A stretch of DNA of 35,065 bases from a virus (Duplodnaviria > Caudoviricetes): positions 1-35,065 of IMG/VR virus record IMGVR_UViG_3300016665_000978; one strand, given 5' to 3'. Below, piece by piece: positions 6,996 to 15,368 of this stretch (within the stretch, counting starts at the first letter, position 1; every line of letters starts with the position of its first letter). The notes beneath the pieces were generated by a model. It had not been told where the DNA came from, did not search any database, and saw only the letters and a list, made by a program, of their open reading frames with translations. The translations under genes were made by a program, and so were the position numbers.

Positions 6996-7943
6996 ATGAG
7001 AGTGGATCAAGTATTAGCACAAGAAAATCAAAACCTGAGTGAGGCTCTAGGCAAGTGGGGCACCCTAGGTGCATTGGGCTTGAGTGCAGCACTTGGAGCC
7101 TACAGTGGTTCAGCGCAAGGCAGTGCACTGGCTAGGAGTTTGTTGGGCAAGAGTGCACCTGGCCAAACCACTGTTGCTAGTCCGGCACCGCCCACACAGC
7201 CTGTTCCTCAAATCCCGGCAGATGCAGAAACTGCCAAAAAAACCTCTTTGCCTGTGCCCCCTATTCCCCCAAAAGAGGTACCTAAAGTCAAACCCAGCAG
7301 TCCTGAAACACATCCTAACTTTCCTGCTTCACTACAAGCACAATTGGATGCACTCCCCAAGGACAAAATCAACAGTTTTGTAAGAACTTTTTTGCCATCT
7401 ATACAGGACATAAATCAAGAAATATTGCGTGATAGAGCAATTTTGAAATCGGTTATGAACCGCCAAAATCTCTCACCTGCACAGCAAAATTGGCTGGAAA
7501 AGAAGTTGGAATCTTATAGAGCAAGCACAGTTCATGAACTGTGGCAAAAAATGGACATTGTTCCTCCCAGTTTGGTTTTGAGTCAAGCTGGCTTGGAAAG
7601 TGGTTGGGGCACATCAGACATTGCTCGCCAATTCAATGCATTTTTTGGCCAAAAAACTTGGGGCGACAAAAATGCTGTATTAGCTCCGGGCGGGGAACGG
7701 TATCAAACTTTTGACAATCCTCGAGAAAGCATACGCAGTTATATGCAAAATTTGAACAGTCATCCGGCTTATCAAGGCTTGCGGCAAACTAGGGCACAAT
7801 TGCGCAAAGCCAACAAACCAGTCACTGGTGATGTTTTGGCTACTGGTTTGGAAAAATACAGCACAAAAGGCAAAGATTATGTGCGTCAAGTTCAAAGCAT
7901 GATCCGTGCCAGAAAATGGACAGATTTGGATAAAAATCACTAG
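6996..7943 (+). CDS. GH73 glucosaminidase / Bax-like peptidoglycan hydrolase with Pro-rich linker
   Basis: PPSLVLSQAGLESGWGTS, NAFFG, Y..NLNSHPAY, YST. TAAATA upstream. Confidence 0.85.
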   Translation: MRVDQVLAQENQNLSEALGKWGTLGALGLSAALGAYSGSAQGSALARSLLGKSAPGQTTVASPAPPTQPVPQIPADAETAKKTSLPVPPIPPKEVPKVKPSSPETHPNFPASLQAQLDALPKDKINSFVRTFLPSIQDINQEILRDRAILKSVMNRQNLSPAQQNWLEKKLESYRASTVHELWQKMDIVPPSLVLSQAGLESGWGTSDIARQFNAFFGQKTWGDKNAVLAPGGERYQTFDNPRESIRSYMQNLNSHPAYQGLRQTRAQLRKANKPVTGDVLATGLEKYSTKGKDYVRQVQSMIRARKWTDLDKNH

Positions 7944-7978
7944 TTGTCTATACTCCAAAGAAAAATTGGAGAAAAAGG

Positions 7979-9361
7979 TTGAGCTACAAAGGTAAAATTG
8001 TCTTATTGGGATTCGGCAGCATTGGCAGTGGACTGCTGCCATTGTTACTCAAACATTTTCCAGCAGAGAAAATCCTAATACTTGGTGGCGACAATCGAAA
8101 TGTAAATGTTGCAGCCAAATATGGTGTGGCACATGTTATCGAACCCATTGTTCCCAGCAATTTGAATGCAGTTCTCACACGCTACTTGCAACCTGGCGAC
8201 TTTTTGGTAAACCTCAGTGTAAATGTCAGTACCCGTGAGTTGGTGAGCTGGTGCAGAACACGTGATGTGTTGTATCTGGACACTTGCATTGAGCCGTGGG
8301 AGGGATTCTACACCGACACCTCTGTGGCTCCAGAACGACGTAGCAATTACGCTCTCCGGCAGGAGATGTTGGACCTCAGAGCAGCTTGGCAGCAAGGAAG
8401 CGAACCAGGGCCAACCGCTTTGTTGGCACATGGAGCCAATCCTGGTTTGGTAAACCATTTTGTGAAGCGTGCACTGATGAACATTGCCCGCGATCAACGC
8501 CTCCAGTTTGTGGAACCCATCACACGAGAGGAGTGGATCACATTAGCCCAAACAGTGGGATTGCGTGTGATCCACATTGCTGAACGCGATACCCAAACTC
8601 CCCGAGTGCCAAAAAAGCGAGACGAGTTTGTAAACACTTGGAGTGTAGATGGATTTGTCAGTGAAGGGTTGCAGCCCAGTGAGTTGGGATGGGGCACACA
8701 TGAACGGGAATTGCCAAAGGATGCACACCGCTACAGTTGGGGATGCCAAAGCAGCATTTGGTTGGAACAACCAGGATGTGTCACACAAGTGAGGAGTTGG
8801 ACACCACTTGAAGGAGCTTATCGTGGATGGCTAGTGACTCACAATGAAAGCATCAGCATCTCAGACTATTTCAGCAACAGTGAATATCGTCCCACAGTGC
8901 ACTATGCCTATCACCCCTGTGACTCAGCAGTGCTGAGCATGCACGAGATGAGCGGCAAGAATTTTCAACAACAAACAGCACAACGCTTGATTGTAGATGA
9001 GGTGGAAAGTGGTGTTGACGAGTTGGGCGTGCTCCTAATGGGCAATTTTGGTGCCTATTGGTACGGCAGTCAACTCAGCATTGAAGAGGCCCGACTGTTG
9101 TGTCCACACAACAATGCCACCAGTTTGCAAGTGGTGGCTCCTGTTTTGGCTGGCATTCTGTGGTGCATTGAGCATTCTCAGAGAGGAGTAGTTGAGGCCG
9201 ATGAGCTGCCACATGAGGAAATCATGAAGATAACTGACCCCTATATGGGCAAGCTGTTGGGACAATACACCACATGGACTCCATTGCAGGATCGCGGCGT
9301 GTTGTTTCCTGAAAGTGTTGACCTTTCCGATCCTTGGCAGTTCAAAAACTTTAGAGTTTGA
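7979..9361 (+). CDS. hss: Homospermidine synthase
   Basis: GFGSIG, YLDTCIEPW, HGANPGLV, HIAERDTQ, FVNTWSVDGF, HNESISI, RPTVHYAYHPC, NATSLQV. TTG start. Confidence 0.93.
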   Translation: MSYKGKIVLLGFGSIGSGLLPLLLKHFPAEKILILGGDNRNVNVAAKYGVAHVIEPIVPSNLNAVLTRYLQPGDFLVNLSVNVSTRELVSWCRTRDVLYLDTCIEPWEGFYTDTSVAPERRSNYALRQEMLDLRAAWQQGSEPGPTALLAHGANPGLVNHFVKRALMNIARDQRLQFVEPITREEWITLAQTVGLRVIHIAERDTQTPRVPKKRDEFVNTWSVDGFVSEGLQPSELGWGTHERELPKDAHRYSWGCQSSIWLEQPGCVTQVRSWTPLEGAYRGWLVTHNESISISDYFSNSEYRPTVHYAYHPCDSAVLSMHEMSGKNFQQQTAQRLIVDEVESGVDELGVLLMGNFGAYWYGSQLSIEEARLLCPHNNATSLQVVAPVLAGILWCIEHSQRGVVEADELPHEEIMKITDPYMGKLLGQYTTWTPLQDRGVLFPESVDLSDPWQFKNFRV

Positions 9362-9391
9362 CATAGCAAAAGCCACTGTTAATGTAGGGGC

Positions 9392-9997
9392 ATGATTCAC
9401 TTGCTCTCAAAACTTCCCCGAGATTTGACAGTGGCCTGCTCTGGCGGCCTTGACAGCATGGCTGTGGTGGATTTTTTGCGGCGTGCTCACAATATCCGTT
9501 TGGCATTTTTTAACCATGGCACAGACGCCAGCAATGAGGCACATCAATTTTTGGCACAATGGGCTTGGGAAAACAACCTGGAACTGGTGGTGGATTTTTT
9601 GGTTGAAGCGAAACCTCAAAACAAAAGCCCTGAAGAGCATTGGCGAGACTCTCGCTACGCTTTCTTGCATCAGTTGAGTGGGGTAGTGGTTACTGCACAT
9701 CATCTTGATGACTGTGTGGAAACATATCTCTTCAACTGCCTACATGGGAAAAGCTATACTATTCCCTTGAACCGAAACAATGTGACCCGACCTTTTCTCA
9801 CCACGCCCAAAAAAGTGTTTGTTGATTGGTGCCAGAGACATGAGGTGCCATGGATCGAAGACTCAAGTAATCAAGATCTCAGCTACATGCGAAATCACAT
9901 TCGGCACAAGATTGTTCCAGAGGCATTGCGGGTAAATCCAGGATTGCCCAAGGTGGTGAAGAAAATTGTGTTGGGTCAGCTACAACAGGTAGATTGA
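9392..9997 (+). CDS. tilS: tRNA(Ile)-lysidine synthetase (minimal catalytic domain)
   Basis: PP-loop SGGLDS, RY, TAHHLDD..ET, RP, DSSN, RN.IRH. Immediately followed by a CAU tRNA. Confidence 0.9.
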   Translation: MIHLLSKLPRDLTVACSGGLDSMAVVDFLRRAHNIRLAFFNHGTDASNEAHQFLAQWAWENNLELVVDFLVEAKPQNKSPEEHWRDSRYAFLHQLSGVVVTAHHLDDCVETYLFNCLHGKSYTIPLNRNNVTRPFLTTPKKVFVDWCQRHEVPWIEDSSNQDLSYMRNHIRHKIVPEALRVNPGLPKVVKKIVLGQLQQVD

Positions 9998-10024
9998 CAC
10001 AAAATCAAAAGTTAAGTATATATT
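9994..10024 (+). promoter_or_regulatory. sigma70-like promoter of the CAU tRNA
   Basis: TTGACA-N17-TATATA(TT), overlapping the tilS stop. Confidence 0.5.
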
Positions 10025-10033
10025 GACTATGCG

Positions 10034-10121
10034 CCACGCATGAGCCGAATCGGTGAAGGCAGCGGTCTCATAAACCGTCGGGGAAACCCAATTGTAGGTT
10101 CAAGTCCTACTGCGTGGACCA
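10034..10121 (+). tRNA. tRNA(CAU), probably Ile2, with long variable arm
   Basis: Acceptor CCACGCA/TGCGTGG, A73, CCA. GCGGT-CTCATAA-ACCGT; variable hairpin GGG-GAAA-CCC; T arm GTAGG-TTCAAGT-CCTAC; 88 nt. Confidence 0.85.
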
Positions 10122-10189
10122 AATTTATTCTCGCACAATAAATTTGTTGTCAGCATTGACAATCTCCTCCAATTTCCGCAGCATAATGG

Positions 10190-10780
10190 ATGCAGCCACT
10201 ATTCTCTCTTGAGGTTTGTGACATACTCACAGCCCGTCAGCTTATACAAGCCAGCATTCCTACCAAAATCATCTCCTTGCTGAGTCCAGAACAAGCAACA
10301 GAGTTTGAGTTCACATCACAAGGAACAGATCACAAACTGTGGTTGATGGATGATGTGACATTTTCTGCTCCTGGCTCTCGTGCACCATCAGTCTCCCAAA
10401 TTCTGGAAATTTTAGACTTCAGCAAAACCTTCCAACCAAATGACAAGGCGCTGATCCACTGCTACGCCGGAGTCAGCCGAAGCACGTCCGTTGCCATTGG
10501 TGTGCTATGTCAACATGGCGTGCCCCCCTCGGACAGCATCTCTGTGGTGGAAAAACTCTGTGAGGGTATGGATCCAAATGAGTTGATCTTGAGGCATTTT
10601 GATGCAGCGTTAGGACTCAAACTCACACTCCTAGACGCTTACAAATGTTGGGCACAAACACAAAATGGTCGACTAATGAACACTGTTCCCAAACACAGTG
10701 GTGCAGAGTTGGAACGTAATGCTAGAGAGTATTATTCACAAATGAGTTTGCGAGTGCCTATCCATAATATGGATCAGTAA
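10190..10780 (+). CDS. Cys-dependent (CX5R) protein-tyrosine/dual-specificity phosphatase-like protein
   Basis: LIHCYAGVSRST, upstream DD and downstream PN. Confidence 0.8.
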   Translation: MQPLFSLEVCDILTARQLIQASIPTKIISLLSPEQATEFEFTSQGTDHKLWLMDDVTFSAPGSRAPSVSQILEILDFSKTFQPNDKALIHCYAGVSRSTSVAIGVLCQHGVPPSDSISVVEKLCEGMDPNELILRHFDAALGLKLTLLDAYKCWAQTQNGRLMNTVPKHSGAELERNAREYYSQMSLRVPIHNMDQ

Positions 10781-11336
10781 TGACCCATGTGCTGCCTCTG
10801 CGCATGATATTAGCTGGATGCAAGTCTAATCTGAGGCGTTTTTTTCTTATCTGTGCCACCATCAAATTTACTGCTTTTTCTGCATCAGCGCTCAAATTCT
10901 GGCATTCAACTGCACTCATGTTTGTTTTGATATAATGCGGCGGGCTTATGCGTAATTTAAGGCACAGCTCTTGGATGGCACAAAAGCATTCTGGCATTTC
11001 AACCAGTATATCATACTCTGTTATCTTGGCCAATTTTTCCATTCGAACGTAGCTGAAACGTGTACCTGGAATCTGTTTCATCACCTTACTGAACTTTGGA
11101 AAGTGGGGATTTGGATTTTGCTGAACTAGTTCAACAAATGTTGTGTATTGACTTTTAGTGGGCCAAATTTTCAACACGTATCCTTTTTCAGGATGTTCAG
11201 CAACAGCAGCTTCGCTACCTCGACCCAGCAACTTCCAGCCATGTGCATACACCACGTCTTGTAATTGGCTTCCAATCATGTTGTTGCCACGTATGTTTTT
11301 CAATCGCCGGGTAATCTCAAGTTCACTCAAATTCAT
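10758..11336 (-). CDS. Protein-kinase-fold enzyme
   Basis: LGRGSEAAV, VLKI, MEKL, DLHPANIM, ITDP. TAAATA at 11341-11346 directly before MNLSELE. Confidence 0.75.
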   Translation of the reverse strand: MNLSELEITRRLKNIRGNNMIGSQLQDVVYAHGWKLLGRGSEAAVAEHPEKGYVLKIWPTKSQYTTFVELVQQNPNPHFPKFSKVMKQIPGTRFSYVRMEKLAKITEYDILVEMPECFCAIQELCLKLRISPPHYIKTNMSAVECQNLSADAEKAVNLMVAQIRKKRLRLDLHPANIMRRGSTWVITDPYYG

Positions 11337-11403
11337 GCTGTATTTAAGCATAGGCTCTACAAGTTTTGCCCTTAAATAAACACAGCGGTTATAGAGGTGC
11401 CAT

Positions 11404-11847
11404 ATGATTTACACTATTACATCTTTGAGTGACAGTTTATGTGAGTTGGTGCGCCAAGATCCAGTAAGACCGCACATTCCATTGGAGAGCAGAATTGGAG
11501 ACAACAGTAACATCTGGGTTTGGCTAAACGAGCAAGATGAACCAGGAGCAGTAGTTTGTGTCAGCTGGCAAGATTTTGTTCCCACTAGTGAACAGGAGCT
11601 GTTTCAGTGCAAAAGCACAACACCATCTGTGGCGGTGTTTTACACCATATGGAGCATGAGTCCAGGTGCCGGGCAACGCTTGATCATCGAGGCTCAAAAA
11701 CATTTGAAAAGCCAGTATCCGCATATTCAGCGTGCAGTTACCTTAAGCCCTCCAACAGCTATGGCTCGCAAGTTCCATCTCAGAAATGGAGCATTCGAAT
11801 TACAAACAAATCCCACAACTGTGAATTTTGAATACAGTTTGGCTTGA
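11404..11847 (+). CDS. Hypothetical protein, possibly GNAT-like
   Basis: FYTIWS..PGAGQRLI and ARKFHLRNG resemble GNAT motifs A and B. GAGG SD. Confidence 0.5.
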   Translation: MIYTITSLSDSLCELVRQDPVRPHIPLESRIGDNSNIWVWLNEQDEPGAVVCVSWQDFVPTSEQELFQCKSTTPSVAVFYTIWSMSPGAGQRLIIEAQKHLKSQYPHIQRAVTLSPPTAMARKFHLRNGAFELQTNPTTVNFEYSLA

Positions 11848-11872
11848 CAGTTAATCTCCTGGCTCATATATT
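11844..11872 (+). promoter_or_regulatory. sigma70-like promoter of the CUA tRNA
   Basis: TTGACA-N17-TATATT ending 9 nt before the tRNA. Confidence 0.6.
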
Positions 11873-11881
11873 TGGTGTGTT

Positions 11882-11957
11882 GGTTCCATAAGACAACGGT
11901 TAGTCAGCTGGATTCTAAACCCATGCGGTGTGAGTTCAAATCTCACTGGGACCACCA
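11882..11957 (+). tRNA. tRNA with CUA anticodon (putative amber suppressor)
   Basis: 76 nt. Acceptor GGTTCCA/TGGGACC, A73, CCA; loop TT-CTA-AA; T arm GTGAG-TTCAAAT-CTCAC. The anticodon stem has two mismatches. Confidence 0.75.
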
Positions 11958-12024
11958 AACAGTTAGAGGATTTGAGAACAGCAACATGACATAGGTTGCA
12001 AACACATTAGGCTTTGATTCACCC

Positions 12025-12059
12025 ACCCGCAAAGGCATACCAGCCTTTGCGGGTTTTTT
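12025..12059 (+). terminator. Intrinsic terminator
   Basis: ACCCGCAAAGGC-atacca-GCCTTTGCGGGT followed by a T run. Confidence 0.85.
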
Positions 12060-12089
12060 CACATCAACTCAACCAACAAGGAACCCAAC

Positions 12090-12644
12090 ATGACAGAAAT
12101 CTTCTGTGACGAAATTGTATTTCACTTCAACAAAAAACATCTGGAAGATCCAGATGTGCCCATGTGGACGTTGAAAAGTCGTGGACAAACTCTCTATGTG
12201 AACCATGTCACATGCCAGTGCCCTTGGAGCACAAAAGAAACACCAGATAACTCACACACTAAAGGTTCACTAAAAGTGAAAAATGCGATGCTTTTCATCA
12301 ATGATTTCAATGAGGCAACATTGAAACCTGCTACTCAAGCGGACAAACAGCGTGCACGAGAGAAACAAGCCGTGCGGGTCGTGTGGACTGGCTCAAATCA
12401 CTCAGTTATGCAGGAGTTTTTGAGGAAGAACGAGATTGAAACTTCAGAATGGAAAAACATCAGAGGAGGGTGTGGCAGCAGCTACTGGATAACTGACGTG
12501 CTGAGCAACAGTGATGTGGTGCAAATGGAGTTGGCCATGTGGGGCAAGTTCAGAAGGCTACAGCCCAACGAACCATTATACAGGAGCTATGAAAATCCGG
12601 ATGCTTGGGACGATGATGAGGAAGGCGTTGAGGATGAACTCTAA
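12090..12644 (+). CDS. Hypothetical phage protein with acidic tail
   Basis: AAGGA SD; 184-aa ORF filling the space; no family recognised. Confidence 0.7.
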   Translation: MTEIFCDEIVFHFNKKHLEDPDVPMWTLKSRGQTLYVNHVTCQCPWSTKETPDNSHTKGSLKVKNAMLFINDFNEATLKPATQADKQRAREKQAVRVVWTGSNHSVMQEFLRKNEIETSEWKNIRGGCGSSYWITDVLSNSDVVQMELAMWGKFRRLQPNEPLYRSYENPDAWDDDEEGVEDEL

Positions 12645-12862
12645 AACCCCCAGGTGAGGATAAATTCTGTCAAAGTTTCCTGAGTAGCGAACATGAGCAC
12701 AAATCCTCCTCGATATCTACTGGCCTGAGCGCCATAGCGATCCCAGAGCCACCTATGGGCATCGGTCCAGTTGAAGAAACCATTGGAGTTCCACAAGTGT
12801 ATCCATTTGGGATCACCTGATTGAATCTCCAAACTCAGCTGTGGAAATCGATGTGTGTTCAT
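12641..12862 (-). CDS. Small protein, F-x-L-T-W/Y family
   Basis: Ends FATQETLTEFILTWGF; ATGA overlap with the upstream gene. Confidence 0.6.
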   Translation of the reverse strand: MNTHRFPQLSLEIQSGDPKWIHLWNSNGFFNWTDAHRWLWDRYGAQASRYRGGFVLMFATQETLTEFILTWGF

Positions 12863-13071
12863 GGGCTGACGTATGTGAGTTCGAATTGAACTTTGGTTTC
12901 CTCATCGGGAAAGCACAAAATCAACACAGTCGAATCCGACACAAGGGTGGCTTGGTATGTCAGCTGCAAGAACACTCTCAAGCACTCATAACTGTTGGCG
13001 TTGACAGTGAGTAAGAACTCTTTCCACCATGCGCTTCGAGGAGGAACAAACATCAAGGACCTTTGAGCCAT
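12859..13071 (-). CDS. Small protein, F-x-L-T-W/Y family
   Basis: Ends FPDEETKVQFELTYVSP. Confidence 0.6.
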   Translation of the reverse strand: MAQRSLMFVPPRSAWWKEFLLTVNANSYECLRVFLQLTYQATLVSDSTVLILCFPDEETKVQFELTYVSP

Positions 13072-13095
13072 AGGAGGAGATCTCTAAATACTTGC

Positions 13096-14061
13096 ATGCT
13101 TATACGTGAACTTTTGAGTGAGGTCAAGCAGCCTCTCACTATTGTGGATTTGAGATATGAAGAGCCCAGTGACCCCAAACGGGTGCTGAAACATTGGGGC
13201 AGCGAACCCAAGGAATATATCCGTCCAGAAGCGGGTTTCTTCTGGCATTGGAATGAAGGAAAACTCCTGCTCCACAGTGAGAAAAATGAAAATTACAGTT
13301 GGAAAATGGCACAACTGTTGGGCTTGAGAGATCAAAATGAAAAAACACAACCATTGGGTGAGTTGTGGAACCAACTCAACGGCAAAGTGGATTTCAAAAA
13401 TCAGACAGTAACAGTTTTGAAAGAGTTTGCTGACTCAAAAATGCGTCAACGAAGCATCAGCAATGTCAAAGAGTTACAAGACGCATTCAAAGTTTTGATG
13501 CGCTTTGGTTTACGTGAGGATTTCAAAGTAGTTGGCGTTCCAAGTCATGTGGGAAAGACTGTTGCACAAGTGTTCTCACAATCTGATCCCACAAGCAGTG
13601 TGTTGAAAGGTGAAGCTCCAGTATTTTATCATGGCACCAGTAGTGACAGATGGGAACAAATTCAACAAAAGGGCTTGCAACCAGGACAAACTGGTGAAGC
13701 GTATGTTGACTTGCGTCCAGGCTACAGCGAGCATAACGTATATTTGGCCACCAATCCCAAGGTGGCTGAATTCTATGCCAAGAGACAGGCAAAGAAAGAC
13801 GGCAGCTCATCAGGTGTGATTCTTAAAGTCACTGTTCCAGATCCAGCCAAATTATTGGCCGATGATGATTGGATACCTCCGGGAACTTGGAGTGATGAAG
13901 AACAGAGAGTGATTCCACTTAGCCCAAAAGCACAGTTGCAGAGAGCTGGTAGTCATATCGCTTTGAGTAAAAGTGGAAGGGAATTGGGAAGTTTTGCCTA
14001 TCGTGGTCGTATTCCCAGTTCACGTATTGAATTAGTGCGTAAGATAGCAGTCAAAACCTAG
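13096..14061 (+). CDS. Two-domain protein with C-terminal ADP-ribosyltransferase-fold (Tpt1-like HGT) domain
   Basis: VFYHGTS...IQQKGL.PG, VYLAT...A..YA, Y.GRIP..RI. TAAATA at 13085 before MLIRELLSE. Confidence 0.6.
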   Translation: MLIRELLSEVKQPLTIVDLRYEEPSDPKRVLKHWGSEPKEYIRPEAGFFWHWNEGKLLLHSEKNENYSWKMAQLLGLRDQNEKTQPLGELWNQLNGKVDFKNQTVTVLKEFADSKMRQRSISNVKELQDAFKVLMRFGLREDFKVVGVPSHVGKTVAQVFSQSDPTSSVLKGEAPVFYHGTSSDRWEQIQQKGLQPGQTGEAYVDLRPGYSEHNVYLATNPKVAEFYAKRQAKKDGSSSGVILKVTVPDPAKLLADDDWIPPGTWSDEEQRVIPLSPKAQLQRAGSHIALSKSGRELGSFAYRGRIPSSRIELVRKIAVKT

Positions 14062-14243
14062 AGATAAGTGAGGATGAAATGTGCCTTTTGTGTTTCATCT
14101 TCAAATCCTATCATCACACTGCCACTTCCAAAATATATGTGAGCCGAGTAGTGTTGTTCAATCTTCCACCCTAGATTTTGTGGGTGGCTCTGCAGGCACA
14201 TGTTGTGCCAATCGCGCCATGGGATTGAGATAAAATAATTCAT
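14058..14243 (-). CDS. Small protein, F-x-L-T-W/Y family
   Basis: Ends FEDETQKAHFILTYL. Confidence 0.6.
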   Translation of the reverse strand: MNYFISIPWRDWHNMCLQSHPQNLGWKIEQHYSAHIYFGSGSVMIGFEDETQKAHFILTYL

Positions 14244-14431
14244 AGCCAGGTGAGTGCAAATTGTGTTTTGAGGTCTTCGTCAGGAAACTCCAGTCGCACA
14301 TAACCGTTGTCAAAAAACACCGTTGCGTTATATCTAGTTTCGAGCATCCGCACGAAGCTGAAAGGATCCATCCTGGCATTCACAGCCAACACGTTCCATC
14401 TTGCCCATGCGAATCGGATACGTGAAGTCAT
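14240..14431 (-). CDS. Small protein, F-x-L-T-W/Y family
   Basis: Ends FPDEDLKTQFALTWL; ATGA overlaps on both sides. Confidence 0.6.
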   Translation of the reverse strand: MTSRIRFAWARWNVLAVNARMDPFSFVRMLETRYNATVFFDNGYVRLEFPDEDLKTQFALTWL

Positions 14432-14601
14432 AGCCAGGTGAGCACAAACTCTGTAAGGTGCTCCTCATGCTCAAACTCAATCACAAAAGTGTAGTGTTCA
14501 GTATACTCAAATCTGTTGAGAGGTACGCTCATCAACCAAGTGTACACATCTCCCCAGATAGGAACAAACTTACGTTCTGGCAGCTCAATCCTCTTGCTCA
14601 T
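14428..14601 (-). CDS. Small protein, F-x-L-T-W/Y family
   Basis: Likely start MSKRIE; ends FEHEEHLTEFVLTWL. Confidence 0.6.
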   Translation of the reverse strand: MSKRIELPERKFVPIWGDVYTWLMSVPLNRFEYTEHYTFVIEFEHEEHLTEFVLTWL

Positions 14602-14806
14602 TGTCCGCCCAAACCAAGCGAAAGGCAACTGCATCACTCTTGTGCCTAAAGTAGAAGTTGGCACCTGCCACTCGCCATGGGAGTTTATCTTGCACACCTG
14701 GATTGCCCAGCGTGCTCATGCACCATCTTACGGCCCCATACACGTTCCGCCTCACTCTTACCATGTGCGGTCGGTGAGGATCTTGCACCACCCTAGGTTT
14801 GTTCAC
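14585..14806 (-). CDS. Small protein related to the F-x-L-x-W family
   Basis: Near C-terminus FYFRHKSDAVAFRLVW; GTG start after GGAG. Confidence 0.55.
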   Translation of the reverse strand: MNKPRVVQDPHRPHMVRVRRNVYGAVRWCMSTLGNPGVQDKLPWRVAGANFYFRHKSDAVAFRLVWADNEQED

Positions 14807-15236
14807 CTGTTGTGCTCCAATTCATGTTGCTCATCAAGGGAAGGTCCCCTAGTGTGGGAGCCAGCAGGGATTTTGGACCGAGCGCCCAGCCACACACATC
14901 TACTGGCATGAGACAGAAGCCACGAGCTGTGGTGCTGGGATAGGTGGGATCATGCCAAACGCCTGCTGAGCAGCCTTGGTCCTTGAGCTTTTGTATCTCT
15001 GCCACACACCACTTCATGGTCTCTTCATCAGTTTCCAGCACGATGCAAACACCTGCGCCCTGGGTTTGGTTTTCCCAGGTGGCAAAATGTGCCTTCTGAG
15101 CACGATTTCCGTGATGACGTATCCACCAGCTGGTGACAGTGCCAGCATGGTGTGCGTGGGCTGCTGCCTTACCGGCCCCAAGACTCTTGAGATCATTCCG
15201 CATCAGCACGTATGCATAGACTTCATCGTTTTTCAT
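14793..15236 (-). CDS. Peptidyl-tRNA hydrolase type 2 (Pth2)-like protein
   Basis: YVLMRNDL...GKAAAHAHHA, W, IVL, D, GP...LGDLPLM match the Pth2 pattern. Start MKNDE. Confidence 0.7.
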   Translation of the reverse strand: MKNDEVYAYVLMRNDLKSLGAGKAAAHAHHAGTVTSWWIRHHGNRAQKAHFATWENQTQGAGVCIVLETDEETMKWCVAEIQKLKDQGCSAGVWHDPTYPSTTARGFCLMPVDVCGWALGPKSLLAPTLGDLPLMSNMNWSTTGEQT

Positions 15237-15306
15237 ATCCTGGGTATAGCATATTGCACACACAACCACAAGCAGCTCATTGAGCGCTTTCCCAGGAAAA
15301 AAGGTG

Positions 15307-15334
15307 TTGACACCAATTTTTTTGGCTGTATATT
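15307..15334 (+). promoter_or_regulatory. sigma70-like promoter
   Basis: TTGACA-N16-TATATT. Confidence 0.5.
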
Positions 15335-15368
15335 TTTGGGCATTGCTGCAACAGAAAGGAGTCAAACA

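Noticed and set aside
11958-12024. Hairpin GCAAC/GTTGC in the trailer of the CUA tRNA as a separate ncRNA
   Set aside because: It is a single 5-bp stem with no recognisable motif or second copy.
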